The notes under the pieces: generated by a model | Told to the model about the DNA's origin: nothing | Databases searched by the model: none | Seen by the model: only the letters and a program-made list of their open reading frames with translations | Part shown: positions 27,134-34,530 of the stretch, in pieces | Numbering within the stretch: position 1 is the stretch's first letter | Layout: every line of letters begins with the position of its first letter | Translations under genes and position numbers: made by a program | NCBI GenBank assembly: GCA_002763115.1 | Contig: PFCW01000001.1 | Span: forward strand, 44,491 to 81,754 | Direction of reading: 5' to 3' | From: Candidatus Pacearchaeota archaeon CG10_big_fil_rev_8_21_14_0_10_31_59 | GTDB lineage: Archaea; Nanobdellota; Nanobdellia; Pacearchaeales; CG1-02-31-27 | DNA length: 37,264 bases

Positions 27134-27967
27134 TTACTTAAATTTCATCCCAATTATCTTGTAAATTAATTTTGCTGCTGTGAAATCAGCGTGATGCAAA
27201 TCTTTTATGGGACAAAGTTCAACAACATCAACACCAATAACATTTTTTTCTTTGAACAATCTTGTTAAAAATTGCATAAGTTCTTTCCATAATATACCAT
27301 CGGGTTCCGGAGTTCCGACAGAAGGCATTATTGAAGGATCTAAAATATCCAAATCAATGGAAAGATAAACATTTTTTTTGCATAATTTTATTGCCTTCTT
27401 GTCTAATTTTTTGTAAAAAATATTTTTGTAATTGTTTTTTTTAACATCATCAATTTCATCTTGTGATATGCATCTAATTCCCGCCTGAACAACATTAATA
27501 TTTTTTTCTTTTATTCTTTTCATAACATTCATATGCCCGTATTTTTGATTTTCAAATTCATCATATAAATCTGCGTGGGCATCCAACTGCAGAACAGTCA
27601 AATCAGAATATTTTTCAGCAAAAATCTCGACAGCCGGCAAGGTTATTGAATGTTCCCCACCGATCATTATAAGGAATTTTTCTCCGTCAATTACTTTTTT
27701 TGCTCCTTCTTTTACTTTTTTTTGCATTTCTTCAATATTTTTTGGTTTTAAAATTGGTAGTGTAAAAATATTCATTTTTTCAACAGGATTGTAGTTTAAA
27801 TCCAGATCATATAATTCAATTTCTCTTGAAGATTCGATAATTGCTTCCGGTCCTTTAGAAGATCCTTTCTTCCATGTTGATGTCGAGTCAAATGCAACCG
27901 GAAGAACAACCAAAGAAGCTTTTTCAAATTCTGAATTCGGAAAACCCAAAAATGTTTCATTTTTCAT
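27134..27967 (-). CDS. speB: Agmatinase (arginase/ureohydrolase family)
   Basis: Mn-binding motifs GGEHSIT, LDAHADL and SIDLDILDP. Confidence 0.9.
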   Translation of the reverse strand: MKNETFLGFPNSEFEKASLVVLPVAFDSTSTWKKGSSKGPEAIIESSREIELYDLDLNYNPVEKMNIFTLPILKPKNIEEMQKKVKEGAKKVIDGEKFLIMIGGEHSITLPAVEIFAEKYSDLTVLQLDAHADLYDEFENQKYGHMNVMKRIKEKNINVVQAGIRCISQDEIDDVKKNNYKNIFYKKLDKKAIKLCKKNVYLSIDLDILDPSIMPSVGTPEPDGILWKELMQFLTRLFKEKNVIGVDVVELCPIKDLHHADFTAAKLIYKIIGMKFK

Positions 27968-28033
27968 GTTTATTGGACATTAGATAGCTTTAAAAATATT
28001 TAGTTCTTATGAAATTGAGCTAAAGGAAATAAA

Positions 28034-28258
28034 ATGAAAAGAAAAGTAATTGCATTGTCAATTGTAATTTTTATGTTTTTAATACTTGTAGGAATATTTA
28101 TCGCTATGACTTTAAATCAGGACTGCAATGATGTTGTCGGTTGCAAAGAAAAATATCTTGAGGAAAAATACAACTACAACCCTGTTTATGAAGAAGTTGA
28201 GTTAGTAAAACCAGAAGAAGGATGCAAAACCTGTTCTATGACTGGGGTTCTTCATTAG
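28034..28258 (+). CDS. Small membrane-anchored Cys-containing protein, hypothetical
   Basis: N-terminal TM helix. Its 3' end overlaps the convergent scpA gene by 23 nt. Confidence 0.4.
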   Translation: MKRKVIALSIVIFMFLILVGIFIAMTLNQDCNDVVGCKEKYLEEKYNYNPVYEEVELVKPEEGCKTCSMTGVLH

Positions 28259-29012
28259 TTTCTTCAGGTTTAATTATCTTCTTTGCTCTCAATGTTATAT
28301 AAATTTCCTCAAAGGGAATTTCCTGCTCAAGTTCAACTCTTTCCTGATTTGTTAAATGCAACAATGGAACAAATGTAGCTATTCTCTCCTCTCTTTCACT
28401 ACCAGCTAAATCAGTAAAAGTCATCTTTGCTTTTTTTCCTTCAAACAAGAAAGCTTTAATCTTCTGGTAGATTTCTTTTATTTTAGCTAGGATATCAACT
28501 TTTCTTTTCGGAAGAACAATATTTGCTTCATCAGCTATCCTTTTTAGCAATATATCTCTTCTAATCCTTCTTTGTTCTGTATTCATAGCCCTGTTTAGAG
28601 AGTCAATAAGCTGCTGTAATGTAACTTTTTTCAGTCTTGGCAGAGGAGTTCTAGGCATTATTATCGGAAGTTCATCATCATCTATTTCTATAATTTCTTT
28701 TTCCTTTCCCTTTTTATCTTCGGAGCCAAACAAAATTTCATCTATATCCTTAATAGAACTATGAAGCATTTCTGATTTTATCCTTAACAACAAAGCAGCT
28801 GCAAGCAGTAATTTGCTGCTGACAAAGAAATTATGTTCCTGTAACTCAACTATTTTTTTAAGATACCTGTCTGTTAATCTTGTCAGGTCTATGTCCCATG
28901 GGTCTAGCTGTTCAGAATTAATTAATTCTAAAATAAGAGCCTGCCAGCTGACTTCGTTGCCTGTGATCATATTGTAAAATTCTTCCTGGCCTACTTTATC
29001 CTCTTTTTTCAT
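28236..29012 (-). CDS. scpA: Segregation and condensation protein A (kleisin)
   Basis: SWQALILELINSEQLDPWDIDLTRLTDRYL N-terminal signature. C-terminal winged-helix region. Confidence 0.85.
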   Translation of the reverse strand: MKKEDKVGQEEFYNMITGNEVSWQALILELINSEQLDPWDIDLTRLTDRYLKKIVELQEHNFFVSSKLLLAAALLLRIKSEMLHSSIKDIDEILFGSEDKKGKEKEIIEIDDDELPIIMPRTPLPRLKKVTLQQLIDSLNRAMNTEQRRIRRDILLKRIADEANIVLPKRKVDILAKIKEIYQKIKAFLFEGKKAKMTFTDLAGSEREERIATFVPLLHLTNQERVELEQEIPFEEIYITLRAKKIIKPEETNEEPQS

Positions 29013-29108
29013 CTAATACTTAATTCCGATAAATATTTAAACATTTAGAAACTACTGAAAATATAGAACTTAGTTCTATTTTGTAGTAATTTAAAAGTTA
29101 CAACATAA

Positions 29109-29125
29109 TCGAAAGATTTATAAAC
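29109..29125 (+). promoter_or_regulatory. Orphan BRE/TATA promoter (TCGAAAGATTTATAAAC) with no downstream ORF
   Basis: Best match in the window to the local promoter consensus. It sits between two minus-strand genes and points at a GC-rich hairpin. Confidence 0.5.
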
Positions 29126-29147
29126 TTTTAATTCTATTGAATATTAC

Positions 29148-29221
29148 ACCTCTTTTTCCCCAGGAGAGGCTTTTTCGGCGTCTCTTTGCCCTTGCTGAAG
29201 AAGCTTCTCCCAGGGTTTCAA
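29148..29221 (+). ncRNA. Candidate unknown small RNA (GC-rich 14-bp hairpin)
   Basis: GGAGAGGCTTTTTC (29163-29176) pairs with GAAGAAGCTTCTCC (29197-29210). The segment is far more GC-rich than the flanks and starts about 25 nt after the TATA box. No ATG or ORF. Confidence 0.4.
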
Positions 29222-29330
29222 TTAAACTTTCTTTTTAGAACCAAGAAATTCATAGGAATTTCTGGGCCAGAAAATCCTTCAAGATTTTCTTGGAAAAAGA
29301 AACTTTATAGAAAGAAAAACTACATTAAAA
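29222..29330 (+). repeat. Structured spacer module, copy B
   Basis: Outer stem TAAACTTTCTTTTT/AAAAAGAAACTTTA encloses AACCAAGAAATTCATAGGAATTTCTGGGCCAGAAAATCCTTCAAGATTTTCTTGGAAA. The tail GAAAGAAAAACTACAT matches 10100-10118. Confidence 0.8.
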
Positions 29331-29350
29331 TTATTTTAAGGATCTAAAAT

Positions 29351-29557
29351 CTATTTCTTCAAGAATTCAGTGTAATGACATCTACCACAATAGATTCTAT
29401 TTTTTGCTTCAACTAGGAAAATTCCAGATCCGCATCTTGGACAGAATTTTTTATTAGGAATTGCCTTTTCGCCTTCAATCACATATTTTTCCCAGCGTTT
29501 GCTAGGTTTCTTTGGCTTTCTTTTCTTCTTTCCTTTCTTGACAATTTTTTTTGGCAT
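29351..29557 (-). CDS. rps27ae: Ribosomal protein S27ae (eS31)
   Basis: Basic N-terminus followed by the CPRCGSGIFL...CGRCHYTEF zinc ribbon. Confidence 0.9.
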   Translation of the reverse strand: MPKKIVKKGKKKRKPKKPSKRWEKYVIEGEKAIPNKKFCPRCGSGIFLVEAKNRIYCGRCHYTEFLKK

Positions 29558-29685
29558 TTTTTATTATTTCTGATTGAAACTCCTTAGCCTTAATTGATTT
29601 CTTGATTAAACTTCTTTTTTAAACGCTAAAAATTGCAAAGCAATTTTGGCGCCCCGAAAACTTTGTTTTCGTAGGGAAGTTTATT
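29558..29685 (-). other. Structured 128-nt spacer between rps24e and rps27ae
   Basis: On the minus strand, the TAAACTTC/GAAGTTTA closing stem encloses hairpins CGAAAAC-AAA-GTTTTCG and AAAATTGC-TTT-GCAATTTT. It shares a 21-nt exact match with the tRNA-Ala trailer. Confidence 0.6.
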
Positions 29686-29991
29686 TTAAGACTGCTCAGC
29701 AGTTTCAGACTGAGCATCAGGATTTTCTAATTTAGCTTTTGTTTTCTTTGGAATTTTATTGTATTTTTTTAATCCTTCATAGCTGTCATAGACAAAAATA
29801 TCAACATCAAATTTATTTGAGCCGAATTTCTGGTCTATTTTATTTATAACAATATTCTGTTTTTCTTTTTTTAATTTTTTTGACAATTCTTCCTTAATTT
29901 CTTCCTTTGATGGAGTTGTTTTTGATTCTATTAATAATAATATCTCTTCTCTTTCCAACAAATCATTTCTTTTCTGTTTCTCTATTTTCAT
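29686..29991 (-). CDS. rps24e: Ribosomal protein S24e
   Basis: RNDLLEREEILLLIESKTTPSKEEIKEELSKKL matches the S24e N-terminal pattern. ATGA overlap with spt4. Confidence 0.9.
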   Translation of the reverse strand: MKIEKQKRNDLLEREEILLLIESKTTPSKEEIKEELSKKLKKEKQNIVINKIDQKFGSNKFDVDIFVYDSYEGLKKYNKIPKKTKAKLENPDAQSETAEQS

Positions 29992-30170
29992 TTTATTTTA
30001 ATGGCGTATTCCCCTTTCTGCTTTATATTTAATTTTTTTGCCAATTCAGAATTTTCCGGGTCTATTATAATAATTTTTCCCCTAAATCCATCTGCAAGGT
30101 TTGTGGAATGACATATTGGGCATTCAGTCCCCTTGAATATTAATTTACATTTTTTACAAATCTTTCTCAT
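29988..30170 (-). CDS. spt4: Transcription elongation factor Spt4 (RpoE'')
   Basis: MRKICKKCKLIFKGTECPICHS zinc ribbon plus GKIIIIDPENSELAKKL. The ORF-track N-terminal extension overlaps rpo7 and is discounted. Confidence 0.85.
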   Translation of the reverse strand: MRKICKKCKLIFKGTECPICHSTNLADGFRGKIIIIDPENSELAKKLNIKQKGEYAIKIK

Positions 30171-30219
30171 TTTGTCGAAAACTTCCAGTTTTCTTCCAAA
30201 GTTAAAATTGTTCCAATTT

Positions 30220-30813
30220 TCACTTTTTTTTCTCCTTTGATTCTTTATGCTCTCTTTCAACCTTGGTAATTTTCAAAGATTTTCTTTTTTCTTCCTGTAT
30301 CCATTCCAATTTTCCCAAACCAGGCTGCCTCATTGTCAAACCGATTTTAGGCTGTTTGGTTTTATAACTTAAAGCAACAATTCTTGCTAAGCATAAATCT
30401 CCTTTTTTCAAAGCTCTTTTGGAATTTTTTCCAAGCAAAGAGTTTGATTTTGAAAATGAAACATAATCATCCATTATCTGAGAAACATGAATCATACCAT
30501 CTGTAACTCCAAGATTTATAAAAGCACCGAAGTTTGTTATTTCTTTAATTTCACCAAAAATTAATTCTTGTAGTTCTGGTTTATAAACTATCAATTTGAA
30601 AACTGATTTGTGGTATGCACCGCCATCTTCCGGAATAATCACACCATCCTCTATTTTTGAAACATCCAGAACATCAATAACAAAACCGATTTCTTTGTCT
30701 ATATAGTCGGTATATTTATTTTTTAACTGTGTTGCTATAGCTTCTTCTATCGGCTGGTTAAATAATTCTGGCTCAACTCTTACAAAATCCTCTATCTCTA
30801 ATATACAAAACAT
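30220..30813 (-). CDS. rpoE: RNA polymerase subunit E' (Rpo7) with S1 domain
   Basis: MFCILEIEDFVRVEP start, followed by an S1 fold (GEIKEITNFGAFINLG...GMIHVSQI). The ATG at 30813 is preferred over the TTG at 30834. Confidence 0.9.
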   Translation of the reverse strand: MFCILEIEDFVRVEPELFNQPIEEAIATQLKNKYTDYIDKEIGFVIDVLDVSKIEDGVIIPEDGGAYHKSVFKLIVYKPELQELIFGEIKEITNFGAFINLGVTDGMIHVSQIMDDYVSFSKSNSLLGKNSKRALKKGDLCLARIVALSYKTKQPKIGLTMRQPGLGKLEWIQEEKRKSLKITKVEREHKESKEKKK

Positions 30814-30864
30814 TTTATATAGTAATATGTTCAATTTTGGGTTTTTAAATCTTTTTAATGAGGT

Positions 30865-31239
30865 TTAGAAATATTCAAGCTTTTTTCTAGCTCTGATGAT
30901 TATAATCTTAACATGGATCTTTTTTAGACGGTTGATTAACTCTTTGTCAAGTGTCGCAACAGCAAAATTTTCAGTTTTATGTTTTTCAGCAGTTTTGATT
31001 ATAGCATTATCTGCTTTTCCTTCAACTTTTACAATTGAAATTATTTTATCCTTTTTCATAGTGTCCAGAACAGAAAGAACAACTTTGGCATTATCATTTT
31101 TGACAGCAAGTTTTTCTAGTTCTTCCTCAATTTTATCTAAAACTATGAATTTATAATTAGGACTGAATAAGTCAAGCTGATAAAATAGTTTCTGTTTTAC
31201 CAGATAAATCAAAAAGTTCGTGTCAGGTAGTATTAACAT
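30865..31239 (-). CDS. PIN-domain nuclease, Fcf1/Utp24-like
   Basis: MLILPDTNFLIY start and a later ATLDKEL. Conserved position upstream of rpoE'. Confidence 0.8.
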   Translation of the reverse strand: MLILPDTNFLIYLVKQKLFYQLDLFSPNYKFIVLDKIEEELEKLAVKNDNAKVVLSVLDTMKKDKIISIVKVEGKADNAIIKTAEKHKTENFAVATLDKELINRLKKIHVKIIIIRARKKLEYF

Positions 31240-31316
31240 GATTATGTTAAGTAAGAGTATTTTAAAAAGATTAACTTTATAGAAAACTTTTTAATTACCG
31301 TTAACCTTTTATTTCT

Positions 31317-31874
31317 ATGAAAGAAAGAGGCCATATATTAGAGATACTGAAAAATGCAAAAGTTGCTCTGGAGCAGAATGATTCTTATGAATTAAAAAAG
31401 CTGAGCAATATGACTATACATACTGCTTCTATCTCAAAAGATGTTGACTCAATCAGCGTTGCTGTAACGATTTACGCTTTAAGCAAAATAATTGAAAAAG
31501 ACCAGTATAAGAACAAGAAGGAATGGCCGGATTTTATCAAAAATGCAAAGATTTTTCTTGAGAAGGCAATTGCAAATCTTGAAAAGGATGATGTTGAACT
31601 ATTCAGGAGAGAGCTTACAAAAATAAGAAATCAGGTAAATAGTTTGTCAGGAGATATAAAAACATTTTTTGAGGAAGTTTTTAGGAAAGCTATGCTAAAC
31701 AAAGCCAAGATGATGTATGAACACGGAATTTCTGCTGAAGAAACAGCCTCTGTTTTGGGAATAAGCCAATGGGAATTAATAGATTATTTTGGTAAGGCTG
31801 GCTCTGTTACAAAATATGACAAGACAACAGAAATTGAAACCAGAGTAAAATATGCGAGGAAAATATTCAGCTAA
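31317..31874 (+). CDS. Hypothetical helical protein with C-terminal HTH-like segment
   Basis: GISAEETASVLGISQWELIDY resembles an HTH. A 3-nt gap to the next ORF suggests co-transcription. Confidence 0.55.
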   Translation: MKERGHILEILKNAKVALEQNDSYELKKLSNMTIHTASISKDVDSISVAVTIYALSKIIEKDQYKNKKEWPDFIKNAKIFLEKAIANLEKDDVELFRRELTKIRNQVNSLSGDIKTFFEEVFRKAMLNKAKMMYEHGISAEETASVLGISQWELIDYFGKAGSVTKYDKTTEIETRVKYARKIFS

Positions 31875-31877
31875 AAA

Positions 31878-32552
31878 ATGGTAAAAGCATTAATATTTGA
31901 CTCGAGTTCGATAATCAGTCTGACTTTGAATGATTTATTATTTATTTTAAAACCACTAAAGGAAATTTATAAGGGGGAATTTTTTATTACATCACAAATT
32001 AAAAGAGAATTAATAACAATCCCATCAAATATCAAAAGATTTGAACTTGAGGTTTTGATGATTAAAAAATTAATTGAGGAAGGCATAATCAAAGTTTATA
32101 ATTCAGATATAAATGAATTAAACAAAGAAGTCCAGTCAATAATGAAAATTGTTAATAATACATTCAAAGCCAAGGGAGAGTTTATCAAAATAATTCATGA
32201 AGGAGAGACTTCAATCATTGCTCTTAGAAGAATATTAAATAAAAAAAATTATGAGGTCAATATCATCGTTGATGAGAGAGTAACTCGGTTTATATGCGAA
32301 AATTCCTCAAATTTGCAGGAAATTCTAGAACATAAACTGCATACACCCATAAAAAAGATAAATAATGTATTGACAGAAGAAAAATGCACAGTATTGCGCT
32401 CTTCCGAACTTGCATTAATCGCACTGGAAAAAGGAATAATAAATTTACCAGGCAATAAAAAGGAAGTTGCTGATGCTTTGCTCTATGGTTTGAAATATCA
32501 GGGTTGTGCTATAACAAGGGAAGATATTGAGAAGGCAAAAAAAATGTTTTAG
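31878..32552 (+). CDS. PIN-like domain protein, hypothetical
   Basis: Acidic residues in PIN-like order: LIFDSSSIISL, HEGETSIIAL, IIVDERVTR. The assignment is tentative. Confidence 0.5.
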   Translation: MVKALIFDSSSIISLTLNDLLFILKPLKEIYKGEFFITSQIKRELITIPSNIKRFELEVLMIKKLIEEGIIKVYNSDINELNKEVQSIMKIVNNTFKAKGEFIKIIHEGETSIIALRRILNKKNYEVNIIVDERVTRFICENSSNLQEILEHKLHTPIKKINNVLTEEKCTVLRSSELALIALEKGIINLPGNKKEVADALLYGLKYQGCAITREDIEKAKKMF

Positions 32553-32587
32553 AATACAAATGAAAAGGTATGTTCTAAAATAGTCCA

Positions 32588-32602
32588 AATAAGTTTTTAA
32601 AG
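32588..32602 (+). promoter_or_regulatory. TATA-like promoter for tRNA-Trp (AATAAGTTTTTAAAG)
   Basis: Lies about 25 nt upstream of the tRNA 5' end. Confidence 0.45.
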
Positions 32603-32625
32603 TTCTGATTTTTTAGTTTAAGTGA

Positions 32626-32887
32626 GGGGCCATAGTTTCAATGGCTAAAACAGCCGGCTCCAGAGCAAATCCCTTCTTAGGAAGAAGGTCTTTGCATGTC
32701 CCAAGAACTACTTTAAGTAGTTATTGAGGTGTTGAGGAGATACCGGCAGTTGGGGGTTCGAGAGAAACTTTTTCAGAAAAGTTTCATCAAACCAAGAAAA
32801 TCCAAGGGATTTTCTGGTCCTTGAAATTCGAAAGAATTTCTTTGGAAGCGTGGATGGAGAAGCTTCACGAAAATCCCTCTGGCCCCA
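32626..32887 (+). tRNA. tRNA-Trp(CCA) with two introns (78 nt at 37/38, 111 nt at 59/60)
   Basis: GGGGCCA/TGGCCCC acceptor, GTTT/AAAC D stem, GCCGG/CCGGC anticodon stem, loop CTCCAG|intron|A, GGGGG/CCCTC T stem, T-loop TTCGAG|intron|T. Confidence 0.85.
32790..32848 (+). repeat. Structured spacer module, copy C (inside the tRNA-Trp T-loop intron)
   Basis: AACCAAGAAAATCCAAGGGATTTTCTGGTCCTTGAAATTCGAAAGAATTTCTTTGGAAG. It has the same P1 and linker as copies A and B, with the two hairpins in swapped order. Confidence 0.75.
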
Positions 32888-32934
32888 TCGAGCACTTTGA
32901 AAACATTTTTAAATCAGTTTCTCTTTAATTTTAT

Positions 32935-33477
32935 ATGGTTAAAAAAGTAAAAGAGGTTGTAGAGACTATAACTGAAACTCATAAGACTCCTTCTGGGCAT
33001 ACAAAAATAAAAACAACAAAAAAAATTATAAAGCCGAAAAAAGCTCCAGCTTTAAGCGATAAAAGAAAAGGAAACATTCCACCGACAATTCAGGCATTGA
33101 TTACAACAAACGAAAAAATTGAAAAGATGAATGACATCTCTTTATCCTTGCAAAAAGTTATGCTGTCTTTGATAAAAAAAACAAATGATTTGAATGAAAA
33201 AATTGATTCTTTGCTTGACTTGTATATTGAAGCTGCAGAAAGTTTTTCCGGGAAAAAAGTGGAAGAAATAAAACCAGAAGTAAATGTAAAAGAGAGGAGA
33301 ACTATGGCAGCCAGTGGAGACAAGCTTGATGAGTTGATAGAACAAAATAAGATAATTGCAAAGGGTTTATTGTTGCTTGAGAAGTATGTAAAAGAACAGC
33401 TGCAGGAAAAAGAGAAGCATGTTATTGAGAGAACAACAACAGAAGAGGTAAAGCCTTTACCAGAATTCAACTTTTAA
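32935..33477 (+). CDS. Hypothetical coiled-coil protein
   Basis: Lys/Glu-rich heptad-like sequence. Its stop lies 2 nt before the next start. Confidence 0.55.
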   Translation: MVKKVKEVVETITETHKTPSGHTKIKTTKKIIKPKKAPALSDKRKGNIPPTIQALITTNEKIEKMNDISLSLQKVMLSLIKKTNDLNEKIDSLLDLYIEAAESFSGKKVEEIKPEVNVKERRTMAASGDKLDELIEQNKIIAKGLLLLEKYVKEQLQEKEKHVIERTTTEEVKPLPEFNF

Positions 33478-33479
33478 AA

Positions 33480-34424
33480 ATGGGGAGATTATTTTTTTCA
33501 GAAATTAGTCAGGATGAAAAACAAATGCAAGATTTTCTTTATAAATTTAATTTAAGAGTAATTTTAACACTGGCGAAAAGAAAAGGTTTGCTTACAGAAG
33601 AAAAAATTGAAATTATTGAAAAGAAAACTGAAAAACTAAAATTACAACCAATACAAAAACCTTTTCAGCAACCAAGGCAGATAATAAGGAAAATTCCTCA
33701 AATTAGACATCAGATGCCTGTTTATAATAGGGGTTTACAAGTTCCAGAGCCGTCTATAATGGTTCCTTTGCCAAATTCAAATAATTATGTTGATTTGGAG
33801 GAGATTAAGAAAAGATACGGTGATTTTTTAGCTCCACAATCACCAACATCTCCGTTTATCAGACAGCAAATACAACAACCTGTTCAACAGCCTCAGCAAT
33901 TTATGGGTTTGCAAGTTCCAGTCCCAGAACAACAATTTCAATTTCAACAACAACCACAACAGAATATTATGCAATCCCAGTCGATGCAATCTAATCAGGA
34001 GCAATTTGCTTATAGCGATTACCAACCATCTAAATTTTCACAGGAACATGATTTTAGCTATATTGAGCAGGATTTAAAACCAAAAATTGAGAAAATCCAA
34101 AAAACTGAGACAATTGAATCAAAAGTTCCAGTTATAGAAAAACCTGCTTCAGAGAAAAAAGAATTTGGAAAAATAAGCAATTATTTGTTGGACAGTAATG
34201 TCAATGAGATTAATATCCAGAGCGGTAGGAATATTATTATTGACGGCAAGGAAATGAATAATTCATTAAGCGAAGATGAAATTAAGGAATTAATAAATAA
34301 ATTTGGAGAGAAAACTTCAACCCCAGTCAATGATGTTGTTTTTTCAGCTGTTTATGACAAATTCAGAATTAATGCTGTAAATTCTGAAAGCGGAAATTCT
34401 ATTTTAAGAATAAAAAGAATTTAA
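33480..34424 (+). CDS. Gln/Pro-rich protein ending in a secretion-ATPase (T2SSE/VirB11/FlaI) N-terminal domain without the ATPase core
   Basis: C-terminal LLDSNVNEINIQSGRNIIIDGKE...LSEDEIKELINKFGEKTSTPVN...AVYDKFRINAVNSESGNSILRIKRI, then a stop. No Walker A follows. Confidence 0.65.
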   Translation: MGRLFFSEISQDEKQMQDFLYKFNLRVILTLAKRKGLLTEEKIEIIEKKTEKLKLQPIQKPFQQPRQIIRKIPQIRHQMPVYNRGLQVPEPSIMVPLPNSNNYVDLEEIKKRYGDFLAPQSPTSPFIRQQIQQPVQQPQQFMGLQVPVPEQQFQFQQQPQQNIMQSQSMQSNQEQFAYSDYQPSKFSQEHDFSYIEQDLKPKIEKIQKTETIESKVPVIEKPASEKKEFGKISNYLLDSNVNEINIQSGRNIIIDGKEMNNSLSEDEIKELINKFGEKTSTPVNDVVFSAVYDKFRINAVNSESGNSILRIKRI

Positions 34425-34530
34425 TTATCACTCAAAAATATACAATATCGAAATTTTGCAATTTCGGAATACTAAAAAATATAAAATTTTTTAGCATAAT
34501 ATTTATAAAAGGAATATTCTTAAGACATTT

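Noticed and set aside
29148-29221. Tried to read the orphan GC-rich RNA as a tRNA, split-tRNA half, 5S rRNA, C/D-box or H/ACA sRNA
   Set aside because: No acceptor or T-arm pairing can be drawn. There are no 5S loop C/E motifs and the size is wrong. There is no RUGAUGA C box (only an isolated CUGA), and no pseudouridylation pocket or ACA box. It is kept only as an unknown ncRNA candidate.
29988-30834. Long N-terminal extensions in ORF-track models for spt4 (to 30260), rpoE' (TTG at 30834) and the TTG start at 25190
   Set aside because: The extensions overlap neighbouring genes or promoter boxes and add non-conserved sequence. Internal ATG starts reproduce the family-typical N-termini.
32664-32741. 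Box C/D guide RNA inside the tRNA-Trp anticodon-loop intron, as known in some euryarchaea
   Set aside because: The 78-nt intron has no RUGAUGA / CUGA box pair. Only weak TTGAGG-like strings are present.
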